In this document: positions 12,905 to 27,071 of the stretch, piece after piece | Position numbering within the stretch: position 1 is the first letter of the stretch | How the letters are laid out: every line of letters begins with the position of its first letter | NCBI GenBank assembly: GCA_951406725.2 | Contig: OX597824.1 | Span: forward strand, 36,704,001 to 36,768,000 | Reading direction: 5' to 3' | Source of the DNA: Octopus vulgaris | Taxonomy: Eukaryota | Length of the DNA: 64,000 nucleotides | The notes under the pieces: generated by a model | The model's database searches: none | What the model was told of the DNA's origin: nothing | Seen by the model: the letters and a program-made list of their open reading frames with translations, nothing else | Program-made: the position numbers and the translations under genes

Positions 12905-13180
12905 GTCGTCGTTGTCATCATCATCATCATCACCACCACCATCATTGTTTAACATCCATTTTCTATGCTGGTATGGGTAGGAATTTTGCCTGAGGTCTGG
13001 CAAGCCAGTAGGTTGCACCAGGCTCCAATCTGATCTGGCAAGGTTTCTACAGCTGGATGTCCTTCCTAACACCAATCACTCCGAGAGTATAGTGGCTAGT
13101 CTTTACATGCCACCAGCATGGGAGGTAAGTGTCAAGTGACACTGGCATTGACCTACACTTGAATGGTGCTTATTACGTGC
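12905..13180 (-). mobile_element. SINE family C ((GAT)n tail, RTE-like 3' end); other copies near 22140, 28215, 29570, 37000, 44205, 50450 and 56430
   Basis: Shared TTTCCATGCTGGCATGGGTTGG...GGTTTCTACAGCTGGATGCCCTTCCTAA, preceded on the plus strand by (CAT)n. Confidence 0.8.
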
Positions 13181-13197
13181 CATATATATATATATAA

Positions 13198-13336
13198 AAT
13201 AAATGAAAAATGCATTAAATATTATAAAACATACACATAGGACAAACACAGAATGACCCTAATTCTTCATCATAGGGTCCTTTTGTGTCTGTCCTATGTG
13301 TATGTTTTGTAGTATTTAATGCATTTTTCATTTATT
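13198..13336. repeat. Fold-back unit (about 65-bp arms)
   Basis: AATAAATGAAAAATGCATTAAAT..CATACACATAGGACA..GACCCTA / TAGGGTC..TGTCCTATGTGTATG..ATTTAATGCATTTTTCATTTATT. Confidence 0.88.
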
Positions 13337-13377
13337 GAGTAACTAAATGCCTTGCATCCTGACTTTAGTTAACAGTA

Positions 13378-13770
13378 TTGATGTGACCCCCTTCGGTTAT
13401 GGATGACCATGGGATTGCACCTAGAACGTTACCCTCCGAGGCACAACTCTGGGCACGGTTGTTTATGGAAGACCAGCAGTTGCCCATGCATACTGGCCTA
13501 CCCTCTCCACACCACTGATGTTATCCAAGGGAAAAGCAAAGGCCGATACAACTTGGCACCAGTGATGTCGCAGCTCATTTATTAACGTGCAAGTGGCTGA
13601 GTACTCCACAGACATGTGTACCCTTAAAGTAGTTCTCGGGGATATTCAGCATGACACAGAGTGTGATAAGGCTGGCCCTTTGAAATACAGATACAACAGA
13701 AACAGGAAGAAAGAGTGAGTAAAAGTTGTGGTGAAAGAGTACAGCAGGGTTCACCACCACTCCCTGCCTT
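13378..13770 (-). mobile_element. SINE family D composite with 10-bp target-site duplication; related copies at 48158-48440 and 39645-39828
   Basis: Flanked by direct repeat GTTAACAGTA (13368-13377 and 13771-13780). Body matches 48158-48360. Confidence 0.8.
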
Positions 13771-14097
13771 GTTAACAGTAAGTTACATATATATATATAT
13801 ATATATATATGTAACTTATATATATAAGCAATATTAAATCTCTGAGTGCCACATTTATGTGGTAATTATATTTTATTATTTATATATATATATATATATA
13901 TATATTTATTTATTTATAAAGGTGCATAGAATTCAGTTAAGTCCTGAGCTTTTTGTTCCATACTATGTGATTCATTTGTTTCTCATTTGTCTTATATTTT
14001 CTATCTCCCTCTCACACCAAATAGCAAATGGCAAATGACATATATATATTCATAAAAAATGTGATTAATCTTATTATCATTATTCTTATTATTACTT

Positions 14098-15010
14098 TAA
14101 AGCAGTGAGCTAACAGAATTGTTAGCATGCTGGGTGAAAAGCCTGGTGGTATTTCGTCTTGTCACTACATTCTGAATTCAAATTCCTCAGAGGTCGACTT
14201 TACCTTTTATCCTTTCAGAGGTCAATAGATTAAGAACCAGCCAAGGGGTAGATGTGATCAACTTACCCACTCCCCACAAATTTCAGGCTTTGTGCTTATT
14301 GTACAAAGGATTATTATTATTATTACTTAAAAGCCAGTGAGCTGACAGAACTGTTAACACACTTGGCAAAAAGCTTAGTGGCATTTATGTTCTGAGTTCA
14401 AGTTCCACCTAGGTCAACTTTGCCTTTCATCCTTTCAGGGTCAATGAAATAAGTACTAGTTATATACTGGGATCGATGTCATCGACTAGCCCCCACTCTC
14501 TCAAAAACTTTCAAGGCCTTGTGCCTAGAGTAGAAATAGTAATAATAATTATTATTATATTATTGATTTCTTTATTAAGAAAAGGTCTACATTACGAAAA
14601 ATATTATGGACAGTACAAAACAAAGCAAAGAATATGTGTGTGTATGTGTAATAATAGTGATTTCAAATTTTGGCACAAGGCCAGCAATATCGGATGAGGG
14701 CAAAAGTCAATTACATTGACCTTGGTGCTCAGCTAGTACTTATTTTATTGACCACGAAAGGATGAAAGGCAAACTGGACCTTGACACTACACATTTCAGC
14801 CAGAGTGCTAACGATTCTGCCAGCTTACGACCTTAATAGTAATAATACTAATAGTAAGGTGGCAAACCTGCAGAATTGTTAGGATGTAAGACAAAATGCT
14901 TAATAGCATTTTGTCTATCTTTACATTCTGAATTAGAATTCTACCAATGTTGACTTTGACTTTCATCCTTTTGGGGTCGAAGAAATAAGTAACAGTTAAT
15001 CAGTGGGGTT
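14098..15010. mobile_element. Cluster of four SINE family B copies (+,+,-,+)
   Basis: Repeated heads (GCAGTGAGCT.ACAGAA) and cores (CCTTTCATCCTTT). The copy at about 14660-14835 is inverted. Copies are separated by (TTA)n tails. Confidence 0.8.
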
Positions 15011-15752
15011 AAACATAACAGCTCTATGAGAGCTGGGTCTCGTGAGAATGTTGAAATGCTAGAGCAGAGGTATGTATGTGTGCTGTGTGCAAGAGATAAG
15101 ATGAATGAGAGTCTCTACTAGACTTCTAACACAAAAGGAACAAAGCTACAAATTCTTTTGAGTAGCCAGCAGTGATAGCGTGGGTGGTGTAAGCATATTC
15201 TTTTGGCAGACAAAGTAGTCAACCTAGTCAGAGTGTGTAATAGTATAGTTAAGCTGAGACTAGTCTTAGATAAATGATGTTTAAATATGTCTATGTCCCA
15301 CAATCTAGGCTGACAGAGAAACAGAAGAAAATTTTCCAACTGTAGTAGTTGTTAATACTTTCCTTTCTTCTGATATAAGCTAAGTTATATTTTCACATGA
15401 ATAAATAATTACATACAGAAAAATAAGTATAATTATATACATGCACACGTGTATACATATATCTACCAAGATCTCCCACAAACACACACAGAAGCATAGC
15501 TGTGTGGTTAAGAAGTTCACTTCTGAAGCATATGGATTTTGGTTCAGTCCTATTGTGTGACATTTTGGGCAAATGTTTTCTGCTATAGTCCTATTGCTCC
15601 AAGCTGACAAAACACTCATGAGCGCATTTTGTGCATGGAAACTGAAAGAAGCCAGTTGTGTGTGTGTGTGTGCTGTGTTGTGTGTGTGTTTGTACGTGGG
15701 TGTGTGTATACACATATATATGTATATACAAACATACATGTATGTATGAACA

Positions 15753-15799
<47 letters not shown>

Positions 15800-15827
15800 A
15801 TATGTGTGTACAGACAGACAGACAGAC

Positions 15828-15885
<58 letters not shown>

Positions 15886-15931
15886 AATATAGGTAAAATC
15901 AACAAAATGTTCCCCATCCAGTGAGACATAA

Positions 15932-16130
15932 ATATTAATTTAATATACAACCAAAATAGCTCCCAATAGTTTCATGCTTTCATGATACTTTAATTAGTCA
16001 TTTTTATAAATTACGCTATGTATCTCCAAGCTTGAGACACATAGTGTAATTTTTATAAATATGCCTTGTTAAAGTATCATAAAGTCATAAAACTATCAGT
16101 AGCTCTTTCAGTTGTGTATTAAGTTGATAT
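15932..16130. repeat. Degenerate fold-back unit (about 95-bp arms)
   Basis: Centred near 16030; ATGATACTTTAA/TTAAAGTATCAT and AATTACGCTATGTATCTC/GAGACACATAGTGTAATT. Confidence 0.78.
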
Positions 16131-16699
16131 ACATATAATATATTACGTAACAATTTCAGGATTCTGAGTTTCTGTGCCAAACAATTCAATGACTGTTGCA
16201 ATTCATCACCTTATGTAAGTGTAAAGCATACTTGCAGAATTCTTAACAAGGGATTGACTGCAATACACACACACACACATACATTCACGTGTATATGTGT
16301 GTAAATACGTACACACACACATGTACTTATAACACTATCAGTTTTATATCTCCTCTTCTATACTTACCTGGATTAAACATGATTTATGTAGTCTTCCTCT
16401 TCATCAAGCTGTCAATATTTCTGTCCATTACATATTTATACCATTTCATTGATCTCTCTTGCATATTACAACAAATTCCTCTCATCCAGTTTTTCTCTCA
16501 GCTTCTTTGTAGCACATTATATATGCACGGTAATATTACATATCTTATGAAGTAAGCTTGATTTTTTTCTCTCCAGCCTTAACTTATCTTTTGCATGCCT
16601 ACATTCCTGCAATATTGCACTTCATACACAACCATCATACAATCTAATCATCACTTGTAGAAAGAATCCTTTTCTAATAACTCACTGCACTTTTCCTAC

Positions 16700-18620
16700 A
16701 CTGCTCTTCTCTTGGTTGCTATGATTTCAAAGTATCATTTCCCATCTATGAAGAGTAACTGAATGTTAAGTGTAGATACATTCCTTTTGGCAATAGAATT
16801 AAATTCCAGTTTCTCAGTTGATACCCATTGAATTGGTGACATTTAGTAAATATCTCTGACTTAGCAATTAGGTAGTAGAAGTATGAAAACAATGCTTTTT
16901 TCTTGAGAATAAGGCTTTTATCAGATGAATATGTTCTGTTCTTAATACGATCTACTAGTCTAAAGGATCTTTCACTTCAACTTGAAATGGGTAGAATATT
17001 CATTGAAATTTGAAGGCACAACTGGACAATAGTGTTATATTCCTCTCTATATGTATGAAAGGAAAAATATGATTAAAATACCATTCTTTAAGTTTAGTTT
17101 TCAACAAACATAAATAGTGTTTCCATACAATACCCCAATTTAACCTGGTAGAGGCGACTTCCACTTTATATATGACTGCGTTAGCATGACACATTTGATT
17201 TACAGTGAATGCTGTAGTGTTTCTGCTTGTGCAGTTAAATTCAGTAAATCTAGTTTATGTTAATCACTTCTTCATATATGAGTGTAACTGTAACTAAGTT
17301 TAAGATTGTTTCTATTAAATAATATTACTGTATCTGTGGTTATTAGGAAAATGTTTATCAGTTAAGGTTAGACAATTCTTAGCAATATTAGATTTAACAT
17401 CTAGAGACAAAGGTATCAATGTAGGACTGGTGCTTAGCAGAGGAGTTGCTGGTATTTAAGGAAATGACAACCTCAGTGAACCAGTTCTGAACTTTCTCAC
17501 TACTCAATGTAGTAGTATTTTATAGAATGCTTGGAAGACAGATATCATGGTTCTTAGCTCTGGATGGACTCTTAGATATATCAGTTTTGCGATTATTAGG
17601 GCTTCCTTGGCCATGTCCAAATGATTTGGAGCATCATTCATTTCAACTTTAACGACAAGGGAAGGAATGTGTTTCAGCTTGTTTGGCTTCATTTGCCAAA
17701 TACATATGGACCTTGTCCCTATATGTATCAGACAACAGCTTTTCCTTTTTTCTAGTGTATATGAAAGAACTACTCGTGCAGTAACAAGATTCCATACTCA
17801 TGTAATTTTACTATGAAATTAATTCACAACAAACTGAACAGCCAGGAGTTGATATGCCTAAATCTAAGGTGTAAAATTTTCCCCACTCCAGTTCATGGTG
17901 ACCTTTGTGTTGATATTGAAAGGTGCAGGAAGCATCTCACATGGAATGATGAAGTATGGAAGAAAAACGTCTAGTATGGCCTCTACTGCAGCCAATGAAG
18001 TGGAAACAAGATCAGAAGCCCTGATTCTTCTAACCTTAATGGATGTGCCATTTCAGCAAAGAAGACTCCATATCAAACCAATTACTCACACAGGGAAGGT
18101 TAAGGAATTCCATTTGAAATAGGAGAGTGGCAGATAACAATGATTAGGGAGCAGGTTAATAGCCTTTGGTATATCTATACGGTGCCCTTAAATAATACTA
18201 AAAGGGATTTTTAGTTTTAAGAGAAAAACTAAAAACGAGAGAAAATCCAACTGACAATGGCAACTACCAAAAAATTAAAAACATGCTTTAAGCAACATGG
18301 ATTTTTGCAGAGGTTCTTATGGCCACTCAAAGCAAATGAGATACCAATGATAGGAATGGGAAAATATGCCAGAAAGTTCAAATGAAAGTAGCTTGATCTA
18401 CTTCCATATTTCATTGGAATTGGGTTGTATTGTGATTTTGTAAAAGTCCATGGCAGAGGAGTGAAAGCTAGATTATAGGTTGAAGAGAGGTCTGTTAATA
18501 CACACTTATCTTGCTAACTTATTGGTAAAAGTGAGTGAAAGTGGAATATTTATAAGCGGGATCAACAATAACAGAGAATGTTAAAATATAACTTGTCTGT
18601 CCTAAATGACCAAGGTGAGT
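16700..18620 (-). mobile_element. Highly degenerate LINE (probably CR1 group)
   Basis: Long non-microsatellite tract with coding-like composition and many stops; only weak motif similarity. Confidence 0.35.
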
Positions 18621-18690
18621 AAGTAAATGCCCCATAAGATGTAAAGCATACAATTCTTCAGATTTGTTTTTATTTATCTATTTTTTTAAT

Positions 18691-18729
<39 letters not shown>

Positions 18730-18829
18730 TTTGAAACATTTACTGGTTTCAGTGCGTTGAAACTTTGAGTGTCTGATTGTCGAAAAAATTTTCAAATTTT
18801 GATTTGTGGCCAAATCCCTTCTACTAACA

Positions 18830-20420
18830 ACATATGGAGTGCTTCAGAAACTTCTGTGGACAAAGCATTATATACGATAATGGCAATAGTGAAGGTTTAT
18901 TAGGAGCTGCTAGTGATGTGTGTGAACGGAGAAGAAGGTCACAAAAACTCTTGGATTGACTTAGAAAGAGGATTAATGAAAAGAGGAAGAGGTTTAGAGA
19001 AAGGCAGCAGGTGAAACATGTGAAAAGAGAAGAGGAAGTACCTGAGAGTCACAAGTCAGTGAAGAAGGCTGCAAAGACATAGAAAAATATTTGGAAAACA
19101 TATGGATTCAAAGAACCAGAGAGAAGGGCTCAAGACTGTAAAGCAGTTAAGAAAAGACGCAATGCGAGAGGGGTAAACTGCTTGAAGAATAAAATGGGAC
19201 AAAATGTTGTGGATTGAGATAGAATTAAGAGATGGTAGAAGAGATGCATAGGTGCTTGAATGTAAAGAATAAATGGGCTGGCAATGAAGAAAGTAATCCA
19301 GTTGTAAGAATGACAGAAGAGAGAACTGAGGAACAAGCTAAGGAAGTGATTGGAAGAATGAAGAGTAGACAAAGCAGGAGGGCCAACATATCCAAACAAC
19401 ACCTTATTGACTTATCTATGTGTATATGCTTGTACGGGCCCCACTATATCATTCTAGAACTATGTACAATCATCTTCTATGTATATCTATATCTATATGA
19501 GTCAACAAAACATAGTGTGATAAATAAACCTCTTTAATACAATACCCAGGCACAATAGACTGTAATTATCAGATAAGAAATAATTTTACAAACAAAAGAA
19601 TATCCCAAGAATATAGCAGGGATGTGGCTGAAATCTGTCGAAGCCAACTATGAAATCGGAGGATGACAAGCTGGTCATTCTCCCATTTCATGTGTATAAA
19701 TATATATGAGGCAGTACTAGCACGATGCTTGTATTAATAAATGAGGAGTGGATAGGAATTTCGTGTAGCGTACTTGCAGTAAACTTTGGATGTACAAGAA
19801 TTGTAGAGGGATTAATTGTGTTTCAAAAAAAGTTGACTTCATGGGAGATGCACAGGAGAAGTTCAGGATGAGAATGCATGAAAAATACAATCCTTCAAAC
19901 TCTTGCTTACCTAAGTGACCCATTTAGCAAAGGAATAGGGTGTGTGGAAAGGATACTAACCAGAATAACAGTGAGGTGGAGAAAAGTACAAGGAATTTTT
20001 ACTTCTGCTAGCAACACAGGATTTCTTTCAGAAAGCAAGGGGGTAGAGTGTATGATGTTTATGTATGAACTGCAGTGCTGCATGGTAGCAAAATGTGGAC
20101 TTATATAAGGATTTGCAAAGAATAGAAAGGAACAAAGGGAATATACTTTATTAGATATTAATGCTACTGTATAGGAACAATGAAGTACAAATGAGTTGAG
20201 AGAATAAATGGATATAAGGGGTATGAGATGTAGTGTGCAAAAGCGAAGCCTGCACTGATATGGAGGATAACAGCCATATAAAGGGGAAAATGAATGGAGC
20301 CTGCTATAGAAGGAGACTTAAGAAGACATGAGACAAAGTGAACACTGGTCACAAAGATGGTGGACTTTACCAAAGAAATACAATAAAATGCAATGATAAG
20401 TGACACACGGTGCTAGAGAG
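18830..20420 (+). mobile_element. Degenerate RTE-clade LINE ORF2 fragments, interrupted at about 19400-19720
   Basis: Fragments such as YLSDPFSKGIGCVERILTRITVRWRK (compare YLGD..S.GGG...ARIR.GWRKF), with many stops. Confidence 0.65.
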
Positions 20421-20871
20421 GAAAGTGGTTGAGACTTGAGATGTTCAATATATCTGCAATTTGGATCTCTCATCCATTGTTTCTGCTAATTCTTTATCTG
20501 TTTTCACCCACCTGTTTTTCAATACGTTCTCATCTTTCTCAGTCTCTCCCCCATTCTCTCTACCATGCTGCCAATGTAAAGAGAGATGGCATTGAATCAG
20601 TTCATATTTAATCCCTTCTACTGCCATCCTTATCCTGCAGCTTCATTCTCCTATCACAATACCTGTGTAACAAAGATTTCCAGAAGATCTGTTTTGTTAT
20701 ATCGATTTGTTCATATCCAAATTCAATTCTAATACTTTTACTTGTGGCCTAACATGCACATTTTTCACTTTGTGCATATGCTTTGAAAATTTTTCTTTCA
20801 ATTCCAAATAGGTACATTGTATATTTTTCTCATGAACAGCACTTGAGATAGCATTTCACTTTTATTACAAA

Positions 20872-20902
<31 letters not shown>

Positions 20903-20957
20903 TGCAAATGCTATTTTATTGTTTCTTTTTATGTTATTCAACATATTATTTACAAAT

Positions 20958-21371
20958 AGGCGCGGGAGTGGCTGTGTGGTAAGTATGTTGCTTACCAACC
21001 ACATGGTTCCGGGTTCAGTCCCACTACATGGCACCTTGGGCAAGTGTCTTCCACTATAGCCTCGGGCCGACCAAAGCCTTGTGAGTCGATTGGGTAGACA
21101 GAAACTGAAAAGAAGCCCGTCATATATATGTATATGTATATATATATGTGTGTGTGTGTGTTTGTGTGTCTATGTTTGTCCACCCCAACATTACTTGACA
21201 ATCAATGCTGGTGTGTTTACGTCCCCGTAACTTAACGGTTTTGCAAAAGAGAACGATCGAATAAGTACTAGGCTTACAAAGAATAAGTCCTGGGGTCGAT
21301 TTGCTCTACTAAAGGCGGTGCTCCAGCATGGCCGCAGTCAAATGACTAAAACAAGTAAAAGAGTAAAAGAG
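20958..21371 (+). mobile_element. SINE family A, full length
   Basis: A/B boxes, body and GTAAAAGA tail repeats. Confidence 0.9.
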
Positions 21372-21643
21372 CAAAATTTATATCTGTTAATACAAAAGGC
21401 CAGTCTTATTTTATATATATATGTGTCTATAATCATGTGTTTGTGTACATACATAAATGCATGCATTGTCATGCTTATGAGTATTTTACTTCCACTTTCC
21501 TATGCCAGTATGAGTTAGAAAGATCTTACATCTCACTATTCCCTAAGATCCTTCAATTTCCAGAACACATAACAATTGAGAACACCTGCCATCTTTGTTG
21601 TTGTGTATGTCTAGGTCTAAAGCAGGACTAAAGAATTGCTTAT

Positions 21644-21863
21644 CCCTTTCGTTACTGTATTTATTTTGAGATGCTCTGTGTTTCTTTCAATTACTTTAAA
21701 TATAACAAAGAATTTAGTAAAATAACTTAGTTATCATTCAGCTAGTGTTAGGAACATAAAATGTGACTAATGTTTGGTGGAAGATTTTAATTCAAAACTT
21801 ACGAAAACAAGACATTTGTACTCAGAGCCAGAGCAAGTTTCAGCTGGGTTGGTAACAAAAGGG
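21644..21863. mobile_element. piggyBac-type MITE (family 1, copy 1)
   Basis: CCCTTTCGTTAC...GTAACAAAAGGG termini, TTAT/TTAA flanks. An inverted homologue lies at 38650-38871. Confidence 0.8.
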
Positions 21864-22384
21864 TTAACCTTGTTTCAGTTCTTCAATGTGAGATGCATAC
21901 AGTGGCTTACACAGTTTATGTTACATCTGTTTATTCTTTTTCATATATATTTACAAGCAAGAAAATATTTCTCCATGGCCAGACATGTTTTTCATGGAAA
22001 AACCAGAAACAAACAACAGCACTTTCATGATGGTAATAGTCGTTTACAGCCATCATGAGATGCTAAGACAAGGACACACATGCATGCACAGACACACACA
22101 CAAACACATACATATATATAAGCACTTGTGTTGATATCATGTATCATGTAAAAAGAACTGGCACTGGTGCCACATAAAAAGCACCCAGTACACTCTGTAA
22201 AGGTGTTAACATTACAAAGGGCATCAACCTGCAGAAACCATGCCAAAACAGACAATGGAACTGGGTGTGGTTCCTGGCTATGCCATCTACAGTCAAACCG
22301 TCTCACCCATGCCAGCATGGAAAACAGACATTAAATGATGTTGATGATGATGATGATGATGACAGTCTTCTTTTACTTTCTTAT

Positions 22385-22613
22385 TTCTTTATTGCCCACA
22401 AGGGGCTGAACATAGGGGGGACAAACAAGGACAGACAAAGGGATTAACTCAATTATATCGACTCCTGTGCGTAACTGGTACTTAATTTATCGACCCCGAA
22501 AGGATGAAAGGCAAAGTCAACCTCGGCGGAATTTGAACTCAGAAAGTAACGGCAGACGAAATACCACAAAGTATTTTGCCCACCGTGCTAGTGTTTCTGC
22601 TGGCTCGCCGCCT
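22385..22613 (-). mobile_element. SINE family B
   Basis: Near-consensus copy; adjacent family A fragment at 22614-22766. Confidence 0.85.
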
Positions 22614-22766
22614 TTTACTTCTTTTACTTTCGACCAACCAAATCCACTTAAAGGACTGTGGTTGGTCAGGGGGTATAATACAAGAGACTTGTCCAAGGTG
22701 CCATGTCGTGGGACTGAACCTGAGACCACATGGTTGGGAAGTAAGCTTCTTTACCACACAACCAGC

Positions 22767-22822
<56 letters not shown>

Positions 22823-22867
22823 TTGTGTATATGTATATATGTTTGTGTGTTTGTTTGTTTTTGTGTG

Positions 22868-22905
<38 letters not shown>

Positions 22906-23349
22906 GTGTTGATAATATGAAGACAAATCAAAGCACTCAATATACTAATTAGAGTACATTGCATAGCGGATACTCAACATTTGGCTGCACAGTGATGTTA
23001 CTGATAGTTAAATCATACTTATCATTCTTATACACGCACAAACATACACACATGCACAGATACAATAACTTACACAAAAGTCTTCATATATTCGTTATTA
23101 TGACAACTGTATGGTTTTGTTTGGTTCAGATAGACAAGTGACTGGAATACAATGAGAAACAACAGCAGAACACACTGGACAATGAGGAAAATAATATTAG
23201 ATAATAATTAGAAGACAGGGAATAACAGGATCAGAACATAAAACTTACAAAATAAGCTAGAAGTTTGGCACTCTGTCGGTCAGTTGATGAGGATTCCAAT
23301 AGATTTGATCAACAGAACAATCTGCTCATGAAGTTAACATGAAGGCATA

Positions 23350-23955
23350 AGAGTAGCTTGCTTATGAACTACATGGTTCCAGATTCAATCCCACTGCGTG
23401 GCACTTTGGGCAAGTGTCTTCTACTATAGCCTCGAACTGACCAAAGCCTTGTGAGTGGATTTGGTAGATGGAAACTGAAAGAAGCCAGTCATATAAATGT
23501 GTATATATATATATATATATATATATTTATGTATGTGTGTGTATATGTTTGTCCCCCCCAACATTGCTTGACAACCGATGCTGGTGTGTTTACCTCCTCG
23601 TAACTTAGTGGTTCAGCAAAACAGACTGATAGAATAAGTACTAGGCTTACAAAGAATAAGTCCTGGTGTTGATTTGCTCAACTAAAGGTGGTGCTCCAGC
23701 ATGGCCACAATCACATGACTGAAGCAAGTAAAAGAGTAAAGAGTATGCATGTGGGTGAGCATTCCACAGACACATGTACTGTTAACATAGTTCTTAGGGA
23801 GATTGAGCATGACACAGAATGTAACAAAGCTTTGGAATACAGGTACAACTCATTTTTTTCCAGCTGAGTAGACAGGAACAACATGAAATAAAGTGTCTTG
23901 CTCAAGGACACAAAGCACTGTCAAGAATCAAACTCATCCCCCTTACGATCATGAG
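23350..23955 (+). mobile_element. SINE family A (5'-eroded) joined to a family D SINE fragment
   Basis: Family A body and tail to about 23743, then family D sequence matching 13590-13700 and 48350-48440. Confidence 0.75.
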
Positions 23956-24114
23956 AAGATTTTACAGAAAGAAAATGACATTGGTAAGTCCCCATGAATA
24001 TAATATGAAAAGAAAATATCAAGATTAAAATTATATCTAATAATACCTTACTTTATGAGGACCCACTTTCAGGGTTTATGAGTTTTATTTTATAATAAAG
24101 CTTAAAAAGTTCAA

Positions 24115-24273
24115 TGGCTGTGTGGTAAGTAACTTGCTTACCAAACACATGGTTCCGGGTTCAGTCCCACTGTGTAACACCTTGGGCAAGTGTCTTTTAC
24201 TATAGCCTCAGGCTGATCAAAGCCTTGTGAATGGATTTGGTAGACGGAAACTGAAAGAAGCCTGTCGTATATA

Positions 24274-24309
<36 letters not shown>

Positions 24310-24336
24310 TTTTATGTATTGATTAAGTCTCTAATA

Positions 24337-24393
<57 letters not shown>

Positions 24394-24603
24394 ATGTTTG
24401 TGTGTCTGTCTTTGTCCCCCCCAACATCACTTGAAAACTGATGCTGGTGTGTTTACATCCCTGTAACTTAGTGGTTTGGCAAAAGAGACAGACAGAATAA
24501 GTACTAGGCTCACAAAGAATAAGTCCTGGGGTCAATTTGCTCGACTAAAAGGTGGTGCTCCAGCATGGCCACAGTCAAATGACTGAAACAAGTAAAGAAT
24601 AAA
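24115..24603 (+). mobile_element. SINE family A with expanded internal (TA)n
   Basis: Head, body and tail match the other copies. Confidence 0.88.
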
Positions 24604-26590
24604 GTATAGTTTGTTCTACCAGAACACCCATGTTTCAGTGGGGACAAATATTACCTTTCAATATTAAGAGTGTCTACAAGACAGACAAATTTACCTCCGT
24701 AAAGAAGAGTGAGCCAAATGGACTGTCACATTAGACGTGAGCAGATATCACAGAGAGAAACTAATGGTTAGCCAGACAATAATATGGATTATAAAATCAA
24801 TAAAGGTCAAAAATACAGTATAATGTTCTTAAATATTAATTGCTGGAAATTTAAGTCTTTAATTGACTAATTTAATTGTAGATTAGTAATTAGAGCAACA
24901 AGAGGTTTTCAAATTTGTAATGAGCAGATGTTATCGTCATTCATCATTGTAATATCCATGTTTTTATGCTTGTTCGGGTCACATGAAATTTGCTGCAGTA
25001 GTTTTCTATGATGAGATGTTCTTCCTGTCATCAACCAAACAAGATAAAATTTCCTCTTGTCCTTCAGATATCAAATAACCCAAGGGCCAGATATGTTATC
25101 ATGAAAGGTTGCTAAGAAACGATGCAGTTTATATAAATAGTGATTTTTTTCACAGATATCAAGACAGAGAAGATTCAATCACATACACACGTGCATGCAA
25201 AGGCACGTGCACACACACACACATGCATGCATGCACGCACACACACACACACACACACAGAGGCAGTGGGTTTGTTAAAATTTCCATCTACCAAACTCAC
25301 TGACAAAAGATTGGTTCAAAGTTTTGACACAAAGTTAGCAATTTTCAGTGTAGTAAGTCGATTACATTGAACCCAGTACTCAACCGGTACTTATCTCATG
25401 GTCTCCCAAAAGGATCAAAGGTAAAGTTGACCTCAGTGGAATTTGAACTCCGAATGTTTAGGCAGATGAAATGCTGCTAAACATCTTGTGTGGCATGCTA
25501 ATAACTCTACCAGCTTGTTGCCTTATTCATTGACAAATATTGTCAGCTCACAGCTAGAGGAGCTGTTCAAGGTGCCACACAGTAGGATTGAACTCAAAAC
25601 CACATGATTACAAAATGAACTTCTTAGCTACACAGCCATACTTACACCTACATACATACACACACACACACGCACACTCTGAAGTAGATAACTGAGTTCA
25701 TACTGAAGTTGTTATGCTAGACAAGGCAAACCCACAAAAGCAGGCACTCAATAAAATGCACCAGAATCTGCTCTGTGAAAGAACAGAGTGGAACAGTGAA
25801 AGAGCATGGTGGAGACATCTCTTGAGTCTTGTGTTATTAAGAAGATGACAACCTCTGGTGCCAGCAACATGATAAAATGCTGCCGAAATACTCTGTAAAG
25901 GGGTTGGTGATACAAGAACATCTAGTAGATAAAAACCAAGCCAATAATAAAATATACAAATGGGACTTCATCCTGTGTACATTATCTGATGAAAGAGGCC
26001 TCCACTAAGAACTGACTTGCATTCTCACAGTGCACCAATTGCATAACAGCATGAAATGTGGATGTAAACTAATGTTAATTATATGAGTGAGTGAATGAGT
26101 GAGCTAGTGTGTGTGTGAGTGTACAGATATATGTGTCATCATGATTTAACGTCTATATTCTATGCTGGCATAGGTTGGGTATGTATGTATGGATGAATGA
26201 AACAATCAATCGATGTATATATGAATGCATGTACATGAATGTATGTGTGAGTATATATGTATATATGCTTGTATGCATGTATGTATGTATTATGTATGTA
26301 TGTATTTATGTATGTATGTATGTATGTATGTATGTATGTATGTATGTATGTATGTATGTATGTATTTATGTATGTATGTATGCATATGTATATGTATGTA
26401 TTTTTGGATGGATGTATGTGTGAATATAAGACCTGCCTATCCAGCAGGGTGGCATCATTTCAAAGCTACAGCAATTCAAGGAAGTGCATTGTGACCAGCA
26501 GTATATAACATCTAATAGTCAAGTTGATAGACTAATATACATGCACACACACATGCACATGTGTGTGCACATACACAGACGTGTGGCATA

Positions 26591-27008
26591 TTGGGCAAGT
26601 GTCTTCTGCTATGGCCTTGGGCTGACCAAAGCCTTGTGAGTGGATTTGGTAGAATGAAACTGAAAGAAGCCCACCATTTATATATATGACTATATGTATA
26701 TATGTGTATGTAAGTATATATTTATGTGTGTGTGTATCTTTATTCTCCCACCATTGCTTGACAACCGGTGTTGGTTTGTTTACATCTCCATAACTTAGTG
26801 GCTCTTTTGCTGAGCCACAAAGTTACATGAACGTAAACAAACCAACACTGGTTGTTAAGTGATGGTGGGGGAACAAAGATACACACACACATAAATATAT
26901 ACCTACATACACATATATAAAATGATGGGCTTCTTTCAGTTTCATTCTACCAAATCTTCTCATAAGGCTTCGGTCAACCCAAGGCCATAGTAGAAGACAC
27001 TCACCCAA
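26591..27008. repeat. Fold-back duplication of a SINE family A body (about 210-bp arms, 7-nt loop)
   Basis: Arms meet at GTGGCTC-TTTTGCT-GAGCCAC and share private variants. Confidence 0.9.
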
Positions 27009-27030
27009 AATCACACACACACACACACAC

Positions 27031-27069
<39 letters not shown>

Positions 27070-27071
<2 letters not shown>

